Origin: Blastocatellia bacterium
GTDB taxonomy: Bacteria; Acidobacteriota; Blastocatellia; RBC074
Reading direction: 5' to 3'
Assembly (NCBI GenBank): GCA_035652435.1
Contig: DASRDU010000014.1
Span: 1,359-65,358 of the forward strand
DNA length: 64,000 nucleotides
A program made the position numbers and the translations under genes. Positions 1-9,538 of this stretch are shown here, piece after piece (the stretch's first letter is position 1; each line of letters begins with the position of its first letter). Under the pieces are notes generated by a model. It searched no databases. It saw only the letters and a list, made by a program, of their open reading frames with translations, and had not been told where the DNA came from.

Positions 1-1901
1 GCACGACGATGCACTCGATGCCGGGGTTGCCCGTGCTGCATTCCAAAGACCTGGTGAATTGGAAGCTCCTTGGCTATGCGTTCGACCGTTTGGACCTCGG
101 GCCGGAATTCCGGCTGGAAGACGGGAAGGAAGCTTATGGCCAGGGCATCTGGGCGCCGTGCTTTCGTTATCACAACGGGACTTTTTACATCTTCTCCAAC
201 GTCAACCGGCACCGCACGCAACTGTTCCGCGCCAGTAACCCTGCCGGCCCCTGGACTCGCACGGAACTCAGGCGCTCCTTCCACGATCTCTCCGTCCTCT
301 TCGATACGGACGGCAGGGTTTACGTCGTCTGGGGCTATCAGAACATCAATTTCGCCCGGCTCAATGACGAACTCACCGACATTATTCCCGGCACCGAGCG
401 CGTGATCATGCCGAAAGAGGCGGGTATGGGCGAGGGGCTTCACTTCTACAGGATTGATGGGAAGTATTACATTACCAGCGCATGGTTCGCCGGACGCATG
501 CGGATGCCCTGCGCCCGCGCCGACAAACCTGAAGGCCCATATGAAGTGAACCAGGCAATCAGCACGGATGAAGATTTCGGCCTCGCGGAGGGCTACCGCT
601 TGCAGCGCGGCACGCCGCCGCCGTTCAACGCGATCCCGCCGAACTCCGCGGATCGAGGCCGAATGTCGCTGCATCAGGGCGGCATCGTGAACACGCCGAG
701 CGGCGAGTGGTGGGGCTTTTCGATGATGGATTACAACTCCGTCGGGCGGCTCACGTGCCTCTCGCCCGTCACGTGGCAGGACGGCTGGCCCTGGTTCGGT
801 CTGCCGGGCAATCTTAAGCGCACGCCACGCACCTGGGTCAAACCCGATACCGGCCACACGTCGCCCCCGGCAGCGCCGTATGAACGCAGCGACGATTTCT
901 CCGGGCCGAAGCTGAAAAATGTCTGGCAGTGGAATTACCTGCCCGACGACACGAAATGGTCTCTGTCGGAGCGCCCCGGTTTCCTGCGCCTGCATTCGCT
1001 GCCGGCCTCGGATCTCTGGCGGGCGCGAAACACGTTGACGCAGCGCGCCGTCGGCCCCGTCTCCTTTCCCACCGCAGAACTGGACACGCGCGGAATGAAG
1101 GTGGGCGACGTTGCCGGACTGGCGCTCTTCAACTTCCCGTATGCGTGGATCGGCATCAGCCGGCAGTCCGACGGGGCGATGGTTGAACAGTTCGACCAGA
1201 CGACCGGCAGGACGTCGCGCGTCCCCCTCAAAGGAGCGCGGGTGTGGCTGCGCGCGCATTGCGATTTCCTGACGGAGAAGGCGCGGTTCAGCTACAGCAC
1301 GGACGGGAAGAAATTCGAGCCGCTGGGCGACGAGTTCACCATGGTTTTCCAGCTCAAAACCTTCCAGGGCGTCCGCTACTCACTCTTCCACTACCACACC
1401 GGCGCCGGAGCAGGCGGCTATGCGGATTTCGACAGGCTGACGGTAGACGAACCGCATCCGCATGGCCTGATGAGGCCGATCCCCTTCGGCAAAAAGATCA
1501 CGCTCTCGGTCTCCGGCGACGGCCCGGTACTCGTGGTGAAAGACGGCGGACTATCCGCCGTGCCTGCCGGAGACCCGCTGGCCGGCGGGGCGGCGGCGCA
1601 ATTCAAAGTGGTGGATCGGGGGCTCGGCCGTGTCGCGCTGCAATGGGGCGAGGCATTCGTTTCGGTGGCAGCGTCGGGAGGCAACGGGCGGGTGACGTTA
1701 AGATCAGGGCGACCGACCGACGCTGAAACCTTTCAATGGACCGAAACACCGTATGGTGACCTGATCCTGCTTTCGCTCGTCACTCACCGCCACCTGCGGA
1801 TTGATCCCGGCAGCGGCGCTCTCACCGCCGATCATCCTGGCCCACAGCCGGACCGAAAAGATGGCTCGTGCCTGAGATGGAAGGAGAGCAGCAATTACTG
1901 A
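1..1901 (+). CDS. Glycoside hydrolase family 43 protein (beta-xylosidase / alpha-L-arabinofuranosidase / exo-galactanase type). The 5' end is truncated by the window edge.
   Basis: Window opens inside the GH43 5-bladed propeller: 'HSKDLVNWKLLGYAF', 'GIWAPCFRYHNGTFYIF', followed by a C-terminal beta-sandwich. The frame is open to position 1 and lacks the signal peptide and first catalytic Asp region. Stop at 1899-1901. Confidence 0.85.
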   Translation, partial: TTMHSMPGLPVLHSKDLVNWKLLGYAFDRLDLGPEFRLEDGKEAYGQGIWAPCFRYHNGTFYIFSNVNRHRTQLFRASNPAGPWTRTELRRSFHDLSVLFDTDGRVYVVWGYQNINFARLNDELTDIIPGTERVIMPKEAGMGEGLHFYRIDGKYYITSAWFAGRMRMPCARADKPEGPYEVNQAISTDEDFGLAEGYRLQRGTPPPFNAIPPNSADRGRMSLHQGGIVNTPSGEWWGFSMMDYNSVGRLTCLSPVTWQDGWPWFGLPGNLKRTPRTWVKPDTGHTSPPAAPYERSDDFSGPKLKNVWQWNYLPDDTKWSLSERPGFLRLHSLPASDLWRARNTLTQRAVGPVSFPTAELDTRGMKVGDVAGLALFNFPYAWIGISRQSDGAMVEQFDQTTGRTSRVPLKGARVWLRAHCDFLTEKARFSYSTDGKKFEPLGDEFTMVFQLKTFQGVRYSLFHYHTGAGAGGYADFDRLTVDEPHPHGLMRPIPFGKKITLSVSGDGPVLVVKDGGLSAVPAGDPLAGGAAAQFKVVDRGLGRVALQWGEAFVSVAASGGNGRVTLRSGRPTDAETFQWTETPYGDLILLSLVTHRHLRIDPGSGALTADHPGPQPDRKDGSCLRWKESSNY

Positions 1902-1944
1902 TTCTGCCCGCGGGGCAGCGGCTCAGTCCTGACCCAATACATTT

Positions 1945-2229
1945 ATGAAGCAATGGCTGCGATTTACTTTCTGCTTTGCAGCGCTGGTCTCAATCCTGCC
2001 CGGCGCTGACTCGACGGCCTTACGGCTCCAGCATGCTCCGCCCGACGCTGTGGTGCAAGCGGCGGCGCGCGCTGCTCAGCAACGGCGACCGAATATTGTT
2101 CTGATCTTCCCCGACAACCCTGGCTGGGGCGAAGTGGGCGTCTTCGGCAGCGTGCGCGGCGTGCGGACGCCGCGCCTTGACCGGCTCGCCGCCCAGGGGA
2201 TTCGGCTCAATAACTACGGCCAGGCGTAA
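1945..2229 (+). pseudogene. Sulfatase N-terminal relic. It has a signal peptide and the 'PNIVLIFPDN...RTPRLDRLAAQG' region, and is truncated just before the C-x-P-x-R formylglycine motif.
   Basis: The 94-aa ORF matches only the first ~90 residues of type I sulfatases; compare the intact paralog at 7086-8756. The DD metal-site is degenerated to DN. It stops with TAA where the CxPxR motif should follow, and no downstream continuation exists in any frame. Confidence 0.6.
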
Positions 2230-2375
2230 GAAGTAATGGCGGCAGGAGCGCTCAACGCCGCCATCTAACAAGGCGTTGCAGCGGAGGCCACGAAGCAGGT
2301 TTCTTATGGTTCTCTGAGTGCCGTTCGTGGCCCCGCTGAACGCGGGCGTCAGGCGGCCTGCTGGCGGCGCACGAC

Positions 2376-2858
2376 ATGGAGGAGATTATGGACACACAAA
2401 AGTTGATAGCTTCTTTAGAGGCTGCACCCGGTATTATCATTGGGCTCGTCCGCGAGGTGCCGCCCCAGAACCTTAAGCGCCGCCCTGCGCCGAACAAGTG
2501 GTCCGCTCACGAGCATGCCTGCCACATATCTGGCGGCGACGCGGCGTTCCTCTCACGCCTGGAGTTGATGCTCTCTGACCCGCACCCCCAAATAAAGTCT
2601 ATGAAACCATCACCGGACGAGGAGGCCGGCTCACTACTGAGCGTTGATCTGGACGAAGCGCTGAGCCGGTACGTGCGCGAGCGGGCACTGGTCGTTAAGC
2701 GGTTGAAGGAGCTATCCGCAGAGGATTGGCAGCGGACCGCCGAACACGAGGCGTTCAGCCACTACTCGGTGTATATAATGTTCAGGCACCTGCTGATGCA
2801 TGAGATGCTTCACGCCTACAGGATAGATGAGCTGATGCTGAAAAAGGATTGGGAGTAA
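2376..2858 (+). CDS. DinB/YfiT-like (DinB_2) metal-dependent hydrolase family protein.
   Basis: A 160-aa four-helix-bundle DinB signature with conserved His ('HEHACH', 'LLMHEMLHAY'). A GGAGGA RBS precedes the internal ATG at 2388, which is the likely true start. GC content and codon usage are visibly lower than the neighbours (uses ata, tta, aaa, tat codons). Confidence 0.7.
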   Translation: MEEIMDTQKLIASLEAAPGIIIGLVREVPPQNLKRRPAPNKWSAHEHACHISGGDAAFLSRLELMLSDPHPQIKSMKPSPDEEAGSLLSVDLDEALSRYVRERALVVKRLKELSAEDWQRTAEHEAFSHYSVYIMFRHLLMHEMLHAYRIDELMLKKDWE

Positions 2859-3116
2859 ATAACTGGCTGGACAGTCGCCGCCTGGCAACTCGTTCGAGCG
2901 GACCAATCCTCGCTCCCTCGCTGCACTCGGTCTCTGCGGTTGGCCGCTCAACGCGGGCGTCAGATATCTGCAGCTCTCAACAAATAAAATTCCGCAATCG
3001 TTGAAACCAATAAACCAACAATCTTTGTCAGGATTGATCTGAACTTATGCCGCGTAGCATGTTCCGATCAAATATGAAGTCCTTTATTTGAACTGCCAGG
3101 AAGGAATCTACACCCC

Positions 3117-4622
3117 ATGAACCGCCGCCACTTCATCAAAACCGCCGCCCTGAGCGCCGCCTCCTTCACCACTTCACCCTTCCCGCGCACCGATGACGCC
3201 GAGTTGCAACCCATCTGGGCGCAGATCGAAAAGCGCCGCGACGAAAGCCTGCGGCGGTTGCAGGAATGGATTCGCCAGCCCGCGATTGCCGCCGAAAATC
3301 GCGGCATGCACGAAGGCTGCGAGTTGATGATGCAACTGCTCCGCGAAACCGGGTTCACCCAGGTCACCAAAATCCCGACCGACGGGCATCCCGGCGTATT
3401 CGCGCTGCACGACGCGGGCGCGCCGCGTACGCTGGGCATTTATTTCATGTACGACGTGAAGCAGGTTGATCCCGCCGAGTGGTCGTCGCCGCCGTTTGAC
3501 GCGGCGTTGATGGACAAGCCGGGCCTGGGCAAGGTACTCGTAGGGCGCGGCGCAACCAATCAGAAAGGCCCGCAGGCGACCTTGCTGGCCGCGCTGCACG
3601 CCATACGCGGCGCGGGCAAACGGCTGCCGGTCAATCTGGTCTTCGTGGCCGAAGGCGAAGAGGAGATCGGTTCGCCGCATTTCCCCCAGGTCATCGCGCG
3701 CGCCGAAGTCAACGCCGCCCTGCGCCGTTGCAGCGGCGTCTTCATGCCCTTCCCCTCGCAAGACCCCGGCGGCGAAGTCACGATCAATCTGGGCGCGAAG
3801 GGCGTGATCGAACTCGAACTCGTGGCGAGCGGCGAACGCTGGGGGCGCGGGCCACGGCGCGACACGCATTCGAGCAACAAGGCGCGGCTGGATAGTCCGG
3901 CCTGGCATCTGGTGCAGGCGCTCAATACGCTGGTCGCCGCCGACGGCAATACGCCCGCGATTGCACATTACACCGACAAGGTGCGCCCGCTTACCGACGC
4001 CGAGAAAAAGATGATCGCCACGGCGGCGAGCCGCCTGAATGAAGCCGCGACGAAAAAATCGCTTGGCGTAGAGCGTTGGATGCGCGACGCGAGTTTCCGC
4101 GAATCGCTGGAGATGCTGGTGTCACAGCCTACGATCAACATCGAAGGACTGGTGGGCGGCTACACCGGGCCGGGCGGCAAGACCATCCTGCCGCACCGGG
4201 CCGTCGCCAAACTCGACCTGCGGCTGGTGCCGGATATGACCGCCGCTGAGGCGTTGGCCGCGCTCAAGGCGCATTTGGCGCAACGCGGGTTTGGCGATCT
4301 TGAAGTGAATATGACGGGCGGCTATGACCCTACGAGTACGGCAGCGGATTCTGCTTTGGTGCGCGCGCAGGTGGCGGTGTACAAGCGTGCGGGGATTGAG
4401 CCGATCATCATGCCGCGGCTGGCGGGTTCGTGGCCGGGCTATGTGTTCACGGGCGCGCCGCTGCGCTTGCCGGCGGGACATTTCGGACTTGGACACGGTG
4501 GCGGAGCGCATGCGCCGGATGAGTACTACGTGATCGAATCGGCCAATCCGAAGGTGGCGGGGATGGTGGGGGCAACGCGGTCGTATGTGGAGTATCTTTA
4601 CGAACTGGGCCGACAGGCTTAA
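3117..4622 (+). CDS. M20-family metallopeptidase (dipeptidase / carboxypeptidase G2-like) with a Tat signal.
   Basis: N-terminal 'MNRRHFIKTAALSAASF' Tat motif. M20 catalytic and dimerisation-domain motifs ('GATNQKGP', 'EGEEEIGS', 'HFGLGHGGGAHAPDE'). AGGAAGGA RBS upstream. Confidence 0.85.
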   Translation: MNRRHFIKTAALSAASFTTSPFPRTDDAELQPIWAQIEKRRDESLRRLQEWIRQPAIAAENRGMHEGCELMMQLLRETGFTQVTKIPTDGHPGVFALHDAGAPRTLGIYFMYDVKQVDPAEWSSPPFDAALMDKPGLGKVLVGRGATNQKGPQATLLAALHAIRGAGKRLPVNLVFVAEGEEEIGSPHFPQVIARAEVNAALRRCSGVFMPFPSQDPGGEVTINLGAKGVIELELVASGERWGRGPRRDTHSSNKARLDSPAWHLVQALNTLVAADGNTPAIAHYTDKVRPLTDAEKKMIATAASRLNEAATKKSLGVERWMRDASFRESLEMLVSQPTINIEGLVGGYTGPGGKTILPHRAVAKLDLRLVPDMTAAEALAALKAHLAQRGFGDLEVNMTGGYDPTSTAADSALVRAQVAVYKRAGIEPIIMPRLAGSWPGYVFTGAPLRLPAGHFGLGHGGGAHAPDEYYVIESANPKVAGMVGATRSYVEYLYELGRQA

Positions 4623-4727
4623 TGGCGTAGCGTTGCCATTTGCGAGCCGGCCCACGTACGTGAAGTGGCTCCCGGATGCACAGGCAAAGCATCGATTACG
4701 GATCTAACGGGTCGACATAGATGCGTG

Positions 4728-5123
4728 TTACGACGACTTGCCCAGCATGACCGTCGGCTTGATATCAGTGAAGGTGGCGACATCGGCCCGGACTTCAGCC
4801 ATGCGTGGATTATCGAGAGCAGCCTTCAGGGCCTCCGGTGACGCGAACTGGAAATGAGCAATCATCGCATAGGGTGCGGCGGAGGCGCCCATCGGTACCC
4901 CCTCGATGAGAATGACGCCGTCGGCCTTCATGACCTTCATCGCCAGAGGGATGTGGGTGTCACGATAGTAGCGCATATCGAATCGCGCGCCATCGTGGTT
5001 CGGATAGATCACGTTCAGACTCATCGTCTGTTTCGCTGCCGCCTTCACTATCCTGGATGACATGACCGTCATCGCACCGACACCTGTCGCCGCCCCGAGA
5101 ACGAAACTGCGTCTATTCGGCAT
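4728..5123 (-). CDS. Small Tat-secreted EthD/Dabb-like (stress-responsive alpha/beta barrel) protein.
   Basis: The start was reassigned to 'MPNRRSFVLGAATGVGA' (Tat motif), preceded by a strong GGGAGGAAA RBS. Mature domain is about 100 aa. The longer track ORF begins upstream of that RBS. Confidence 0.55.
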   Translation of the reverse strand: MPNRRSFVLGAATGVGAMTVMSSRIVKAAAKQTMSLNVIYPNHDGARFDMRYYRDTHIPLAMKVMKADGVILIEGVPMGASAAPYAMIAHFQFASPEALKAALDNPRMAEVRADVATFTDIKPTVMLGKSS

Positions 5124-5419
5124 TGATTTCCTCCCTTGTCTGATGAGCTGCAATCAATCACGCTGTCCTTCCTGACGCACAGCAAGACACAAGCGACCGG
5201 TAGCCGACCGTCCTGAGGCGAACGACAGCGATGTGTTTACGGAGGGGGCCAATATACGCCCATCAGAGGCTTAGTCAAGGACAGCCGTACAAGTCAGCGG
5301 CAGATGCGATCGTGACCAGTTGGGCCTGGTCAAAGCAGCGAAGTGGAAAGAAGTGCGGCTTTACTCCCCAGGACCTTGACCCTTTGACCCTTTGTATTGG
5401 AAAGGCTTCCTTGCAGCAC

Positions 5420-7039
5420 TCAAGCGAGTTGAATCTCGATGGCCGCGACGGCTTGCCTGGGAATGTCTACGGCGAGGGTCTCACCGCTGATTTTGACCGG
5501 CAAGGAAGCGGGCCTGACTTCGTTGGTATTTTGGAAGGTATTGCGGGCGCGCATGTCGCTGTGGGTGAGTACGGTGCCGCGCCCCTCGCTGGCCCGCGCA
5601 CCGCCCGCCAGGCGGATGCGAGCAATAATGGGCGAATCCACGGACGCATTGGTGAGCGTGACCGTCAGGCGTTTCTCGCGGAGCGAGGCGGAACCCGTCA
5701 GTCCCGCTATTTTCGCTGTGCTGTCTTGCACCGGGACGGTCAATTGATCTGCTCGAATCTGCATTGGCACTGAGCGCGCGCCCAGATGTGGGCGATACAT
5801 CTCGAACACGTAATAAGGCGGGGTGCGCGTGTACTTGTCTTCAAGCGCCAGGAAGAGCGAATGAATGCAGTTGACCGTCTGCGCGACGTTGGCCATCTCG
5901 ATCTTGTCGGCGTGCCGGTTGAAGATGTCGAAAGTGATGGCCGTGTGCAACGCGTCACGCAGCGTGACGGGCTGGCTCAGGATGTAACCGGGCGTAATCT
6001 CTTCGCCCGGCTGATACCAGACGCCCCATTCGTCAATCACGAGCCTGGTGCGGTGCTGCGGGTCGTACTTGCCCATCACTTTCCAGTGTTCCTCGATGAT
6101 TGCCTCGGTGCGCAATCCTTCGAGCAGCACGGCGTACCAATCGGGCGCTTTGAAATCCGCCACCCTCATTTTGTTGTTACGGAAGTCGGTGTAGAAGTGC
6201 AGCGAGAAGCCATTTACCTGGCTGCGGTGCCCGCCCTGCATCGCCGCGAAGAATCCGTCCGTCCAGCCCAGGTCCATATCGCGTGAATGCCCGCGCGGGC
6301 CGGTCGCGACCAGGAACGGCGTCACATAAACGGGGAACTGCGTGACGAACTTGCGATACTCGACGGCGTATTCGCCCGGCTTCATATCGCCCCCGCAGCC
6401 CCACGATTCATTGCCGACGCCCCAATATTTCACGCGGAACGGCTCCTTGTCGCCGTTGGCCGCGCGCTCGTCGGCCAGGCTTTCCGTACCCGCCGGGGCA
6501 TTGCAATAAGAGACCCAGTCGTGAAACTCCCTGGGCGTGCCCGAACCGACGTTGGCCGCCAGGTAAGGTTCGGCACCGATGAGGCGGCAGAGTCGCATGA
6601 ACTCGTGAATGCCGAACTGATTGGTCTCGGTCGCGTGCAGCCCCTGGGGCATGCGACTCTCCCAAAAGTTATAAGTCCGCGGGCGCCTGGCGGCGGGGCC
6701 GATGCCGTCGCGCCAGTGATAGCCGTCGGCGAAGCAGCCGCCGGGCCAGCGTAAATTCGGCGCGCCGATGCGCTTCATGTCGTCAATGAATTGCCTGCGC
6801 ATTCCGTCCACGTTCGGGATCCTGGAATTGCGCCCCACCCAGATGCCGTCATAGATCACCCCGCCGAGATGCTCGATGAAATGCCCGTAGATGTGAGGGT
6901 TGATGACCGCGCCCGCCCTGTCCGGCGCTAATTCGATTTCGGCGTCTGCGGCCGGCGTGCGCCGTGAGGCCGCCCACGCGCCGAGTCCGGTGCCGAGTCC
7001 CGTGTAAGCTGCTGACTTGAGGAAAGTGCGTCTTTGCAT
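5420..7039 (-). CDS. GH51 alpha-L-arabinofuranosidase (Tat signal).
   Basis: 'MQRRTFLKSAAYTGLGTGLGAWAA' Tat leader. GH51 TIM-barrel signatures 'NLRWPGGCFADGYHWRDGIGP', 'YWGVGNESWGCGG', 'IDEWGVWY', and the C-terminal beta-sandwich. A paralog lies at 31439-33001. Confidence 0.9.
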   Translation of the reverse strand: MQRRTFLKSAAYTGLGTGLGAWAASRRTPAADAEIELAPDRAGAVINPHIYGHFIEHLGGVIYDGIWVGRNSRIPNVDGMRRQFIDDMKRIGAPNLRWPGGCFADGYHWRDGIGPAARRPRTYNFWESRMPQGLHATETNQFGIHEFMRLCRLIGAEPYLAANVGSGTPREFHDWVSYCNAPAGTESLADERAANGDKEPFRVKYWGVGNESWGCGGDMKPGEYAVEYRKFVTQFPVYVTPFLVATGPRGHSRDMDLGWTDGFFAAMQGGHRSQVNGFSLHFYTDFRNNKMRVADFKAPDWYAVLLEGLRTEAIIEEHWKVMGKYDPQHRTRLVIDEWGVWYQPGEEITPGYILSQPVTLRDALHTAITFDIFNRHADKIEMANVAQTVNCIHSLFLALEDKYTRTPPYYVFEMYRPHLGARSVPMQIRADQLTVPVQDSTAKIAGLTGSASLREKRLTVTLTNASVDSPIIARIRLAGGARASEGRGTVLTHSDMRARNTFQNTNEVRPASLPVKISGETLAVDIPRQAVAAIEIQLA

Positions 7040-7085
7040 AATCGGTGATTTGATGATGATTGAGTCTGATGGAGCGAATGATCGT

Positions 7086-8756
7086 TCACTTATTCGCAGG
7101 GCTTATTTCCTCGCCCCAATTCGTTCGGCGTGGCCCCGTCCATTGATCCACATTCGCGCGTTTGGCCCACGCCTCCCACGCGCCCGCAAGTTTTTTGACG
7201 AGGTCTGGATGTTTTGCTGCCAGGTCGTTGCGCTCAACTCGGTCGGCTGTGATGTCATATAGCTCCCAGCCATCCAGATACTTTGAGACGAGCTTCCACT
7301 TGCCTGAGCGAATCGCGCGATTGCCTTCGTGTTCCCAGCAGATGGGTTGTGTTCGTTTGAGCGGGCGCCCGGCAAAGGCGGGACGCAGACTGACGCCTTC
7401 CAGCGGCTGAATGCTCTTGCCCTTGAACTCGCGCGGATACCTGGCTCCGGTCACGTCAACGACCGTCGCCATCAGGTCTGCCACGTGTCCGGGTTGAGGT
7501 TCGAGTTGGTTGTGACGAGCGCGCGGGATGCCTTGCGGCCAGTGCGCGATCAGTGGAGTAGAAATGCCGCCTTCGTGCGTGAAGTGCTTGAACCGCCGGA
7601 AGGGCGTGTTGTTGAGCGCCGCCCAATTCATGCCCAGATAGAGGTTTGAATTCGGCCCGCCGGGAGGATCACCGTTGAAGCGCCCCGCCGGGCCTGATTC
7701 GGCGTTGCCGCCATTGTCCGAAAGAAAGAGAATCAACGTATTGTCCAATGCGCCACGCGCCTGCAATCCTTTCACCAGGGTGCCAACGCTGGTGTCAATC
7801 GCTTCGATCATCGCCGCATACACGGCCATCAGATGATCGAAGCGTTCCTGCTCTTCGTGCGAGAGCGAATCCCAGGCTGGTGATTCCGCTGCGCGCGGGC
7901 TGAGCGGCCACCTGGCGTCAATCAATCCCATTTTGATCTGCCGGCGGTAACGCTCTTCGCGCAGCTTGTCCCAGCCGGCTTTGTATTTGCCGCGATATTT
8001 GGCGATCAGTTCCCGCGGCGCCATCAAGGGGAAATGCGGCGCGTTGTGTGGCAGGTAAAGAAAGAACGGCTTCCCGGCTTTCCGCGCCTCGTCCACAAAC
8101 TTCAACCCAAAATCCGCCCACAGAAAAGTCGCATACCAGTTCTGCCCCAGCAGCGCTGAGTCGTGCGGGAGGGGCTGGCCGTCAAGGTAAAGCGGCTCCT
8201 GCGCGCGCCGGGTCAATTCATCATTACCACCCTGAAAATTCTGATGGGGAAAGAAGATGCCCCCGGCGCGCAAATTCAGCACCCGTTCAAAGCCACGCTG
8301 CCAGGGCGGCGTGCCGTTCTGCTGACCGAGATGCCACTTGCCGGCCATCGCAGTGAAATAGCCGGACGCGCCGAGTACTTCGGCCATCGTGACGCAATGT
8401 TCGTTGAGCTTACCCGTAGTGCCTGACGAACCTTCACGGACAACGTTGTCGAGATGCCCCATCCCGGCCTGATGCGGATAGAGTCCGGTCAGCAAACTGG
8501 CGCGCGTGGGCGAGCAACGGGGCGTGTTGTAAAACTGTGTGAAGCGCACTCCCCTTGCTGCCAGTGCATCGAGATTGGGCGTCGGAATCTCGCCGCCATA
8601 ACACCCGATGTCCGACCAGCCCATGTCATCTACGAGAATGACGACGACATTGGGGCGGGCGTTCCTCTGCGCGACAAGAGTTGACGCGCAGAGGGCGCTC
8701 AGCGCCAGGGCGATGAACGCCTGTTTGAGTAGATTGATTATGCTTTCGTGGTTCAT
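7086..8756 (-). CDS. Arylsulfatase (type I, formylglycine-dependent).
   Basis: Signal peptide, 'PNVVVILVDDMGWSDIGCYGG', 'PRCSPTRASLLTG' (CxPxR), 'GKWHLG', and a 'DNTLILFLSDNG' C-terminal lysine region. Confidence 0.9.
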   Translation of the reverse strand: MNHESIINLLKQAFIALALSALCASTLVAQRNARPNVVVILVDDMGWSDIGCYGGEIPTPNLDALAARGVRFTQFYNTPRCSPTRASLLTGLYPHQAGMGHLDNVVREGSSGTTGKLNEHCVTMAEVLGASGYFTAMAGKWHLGQQNGTPPWQRGFERVLNLRAGGIFFPHQNFQGGNDELTRRAQEPLYLDGQPLPHDSALLGQNWYATFLWADFGLKFVDEARKAGKPFFLYLPHNAPHFPLMAPRELIAKYRGKYKAGWDKLREERYRRQIKMGLIDARWPLSPRAAESPAWDSLSHEEQERFDHLMAVYAAMIEAIDTSVGTLVKGLQARGALDNTLILFLSDNGGNAESGPAGRFNGDPPGGPNSNLYLGMNWAALNNTPFRRFKHFTHEGGISTPLIAHWPQGIPRARHNQLEPQPGHVADLMATVVDVTGARYPREFKGKSIQPLEGVSLRPAFAGRPLKRTQPICWEHEGNRAIRSGKWKLVSKYLDGWELYDITADRVERNDLAAKHPDLVKKLAGAWEAWAKRANVDQWTGPRRTNWGEEISPANK

Positions 8757-9298
8757 TTCATGGTTCCACTCCAGCTCTTTTGGTAGACGATCCGCGTCGT
8801 CGAGGGCGGCCCGCCCGACACACCGCTCCGCGTTGTTTCAACCGCCAGCGTCGTGGGCGAAGTGAGTGCGAGGGTTTGTTTCACTTCGACCTTCAGCGGC
8901 TGACCAGTCGCCGGGTTGTCAAAGCTGTGCGTTGTGGTGATGACCAGCTTGTCGCTTTCCCACGCGGTCTTCGACGTTTGCGCCTGAATGCCGCGCCCCA
9001 TCATGACGGAGTTTTTCGTTTCCGACCCGTCGAGCGCGTAGACGAATTTCAGCGGCGGCTGCCTGTCGCCGCGCGCGAAGAATTCATACGTGACCGTCAG
9101 CCGCTCCGCCGTCTGGGCGATGGTGATGTTCGACCCCCAGCCGCTGCCCATATTGCCGGCGCGTGCGCTGCCGGCGGCTCGCGGCGTGTCCGGCTCAACC
9201 GCCCAGCGGCCGGAGAAGTCCGGCCCCGTCCGGGCCATCGCATTGACGGCTGACAGGACGAGGAGCGCACCATTCAAAAAATTTGTCAGGCGTTTCAT
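8753..9298 (-). CDS. Hypothetical secreted protein (~160-aa mature, predicted beta-rich). It is translationally coupled to the sulfatase.
   Basis: The start was reassigned to 'MKRLTNFLNGALLVLSAVNAMA' (Sec signal), 9 nt after an AAGGAG RBS. Its stop overlaps the sulfatase start (ATGA, 8753-8756). I recognise no family. Confidence 0.55.
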   Translation of the reverse strand: MKRLTNFLNGALLVLSAVNAMARTGPDFSGRWAVEPDTPRAAGSARAGNMGSGWGSNITIAQTAERLTVTYEFFARGDRQPPLKFVYALDGSETKNSVMMGRGIQAQTSKTAWESDKLVITTTHSFDNPATGQPLKVEVKQTLALTSPTTLAVETTRSGVSGGPPSTTRIVYQKSWSGTMK

Positions 9299-9538
9299 CA
9301 ATGTTGACTCCTTCAACAATACTCAGCTCTCGAATGGAGAATGGTCGCCATCCTGGCACGGCGGCCGGAAAGTAACAATGCCTCAGTCGCCGTGTCGCTA
9401 ATCCGGTTCAAGCAGCCTTACGTTCATCCAAGACACCGCTGTTCCGGCGCGTATTCTTTACAGAACCCGGCCCGGATAACGTCGCATCGCCCGTAAGGGC
9501 GCCGGAGTCATTGATCGCACCGGCAGGGGAGGACAACT

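Noticed and set aside
5374-5396. Short tandem repeat CTTGACC-CTTTGACC-CTTTG just downstream of the GH51 stop.
   Set aside because: Only ~2.5 units of 7-8 nt. Likely chance or a minor slippage product. No supporting structure.
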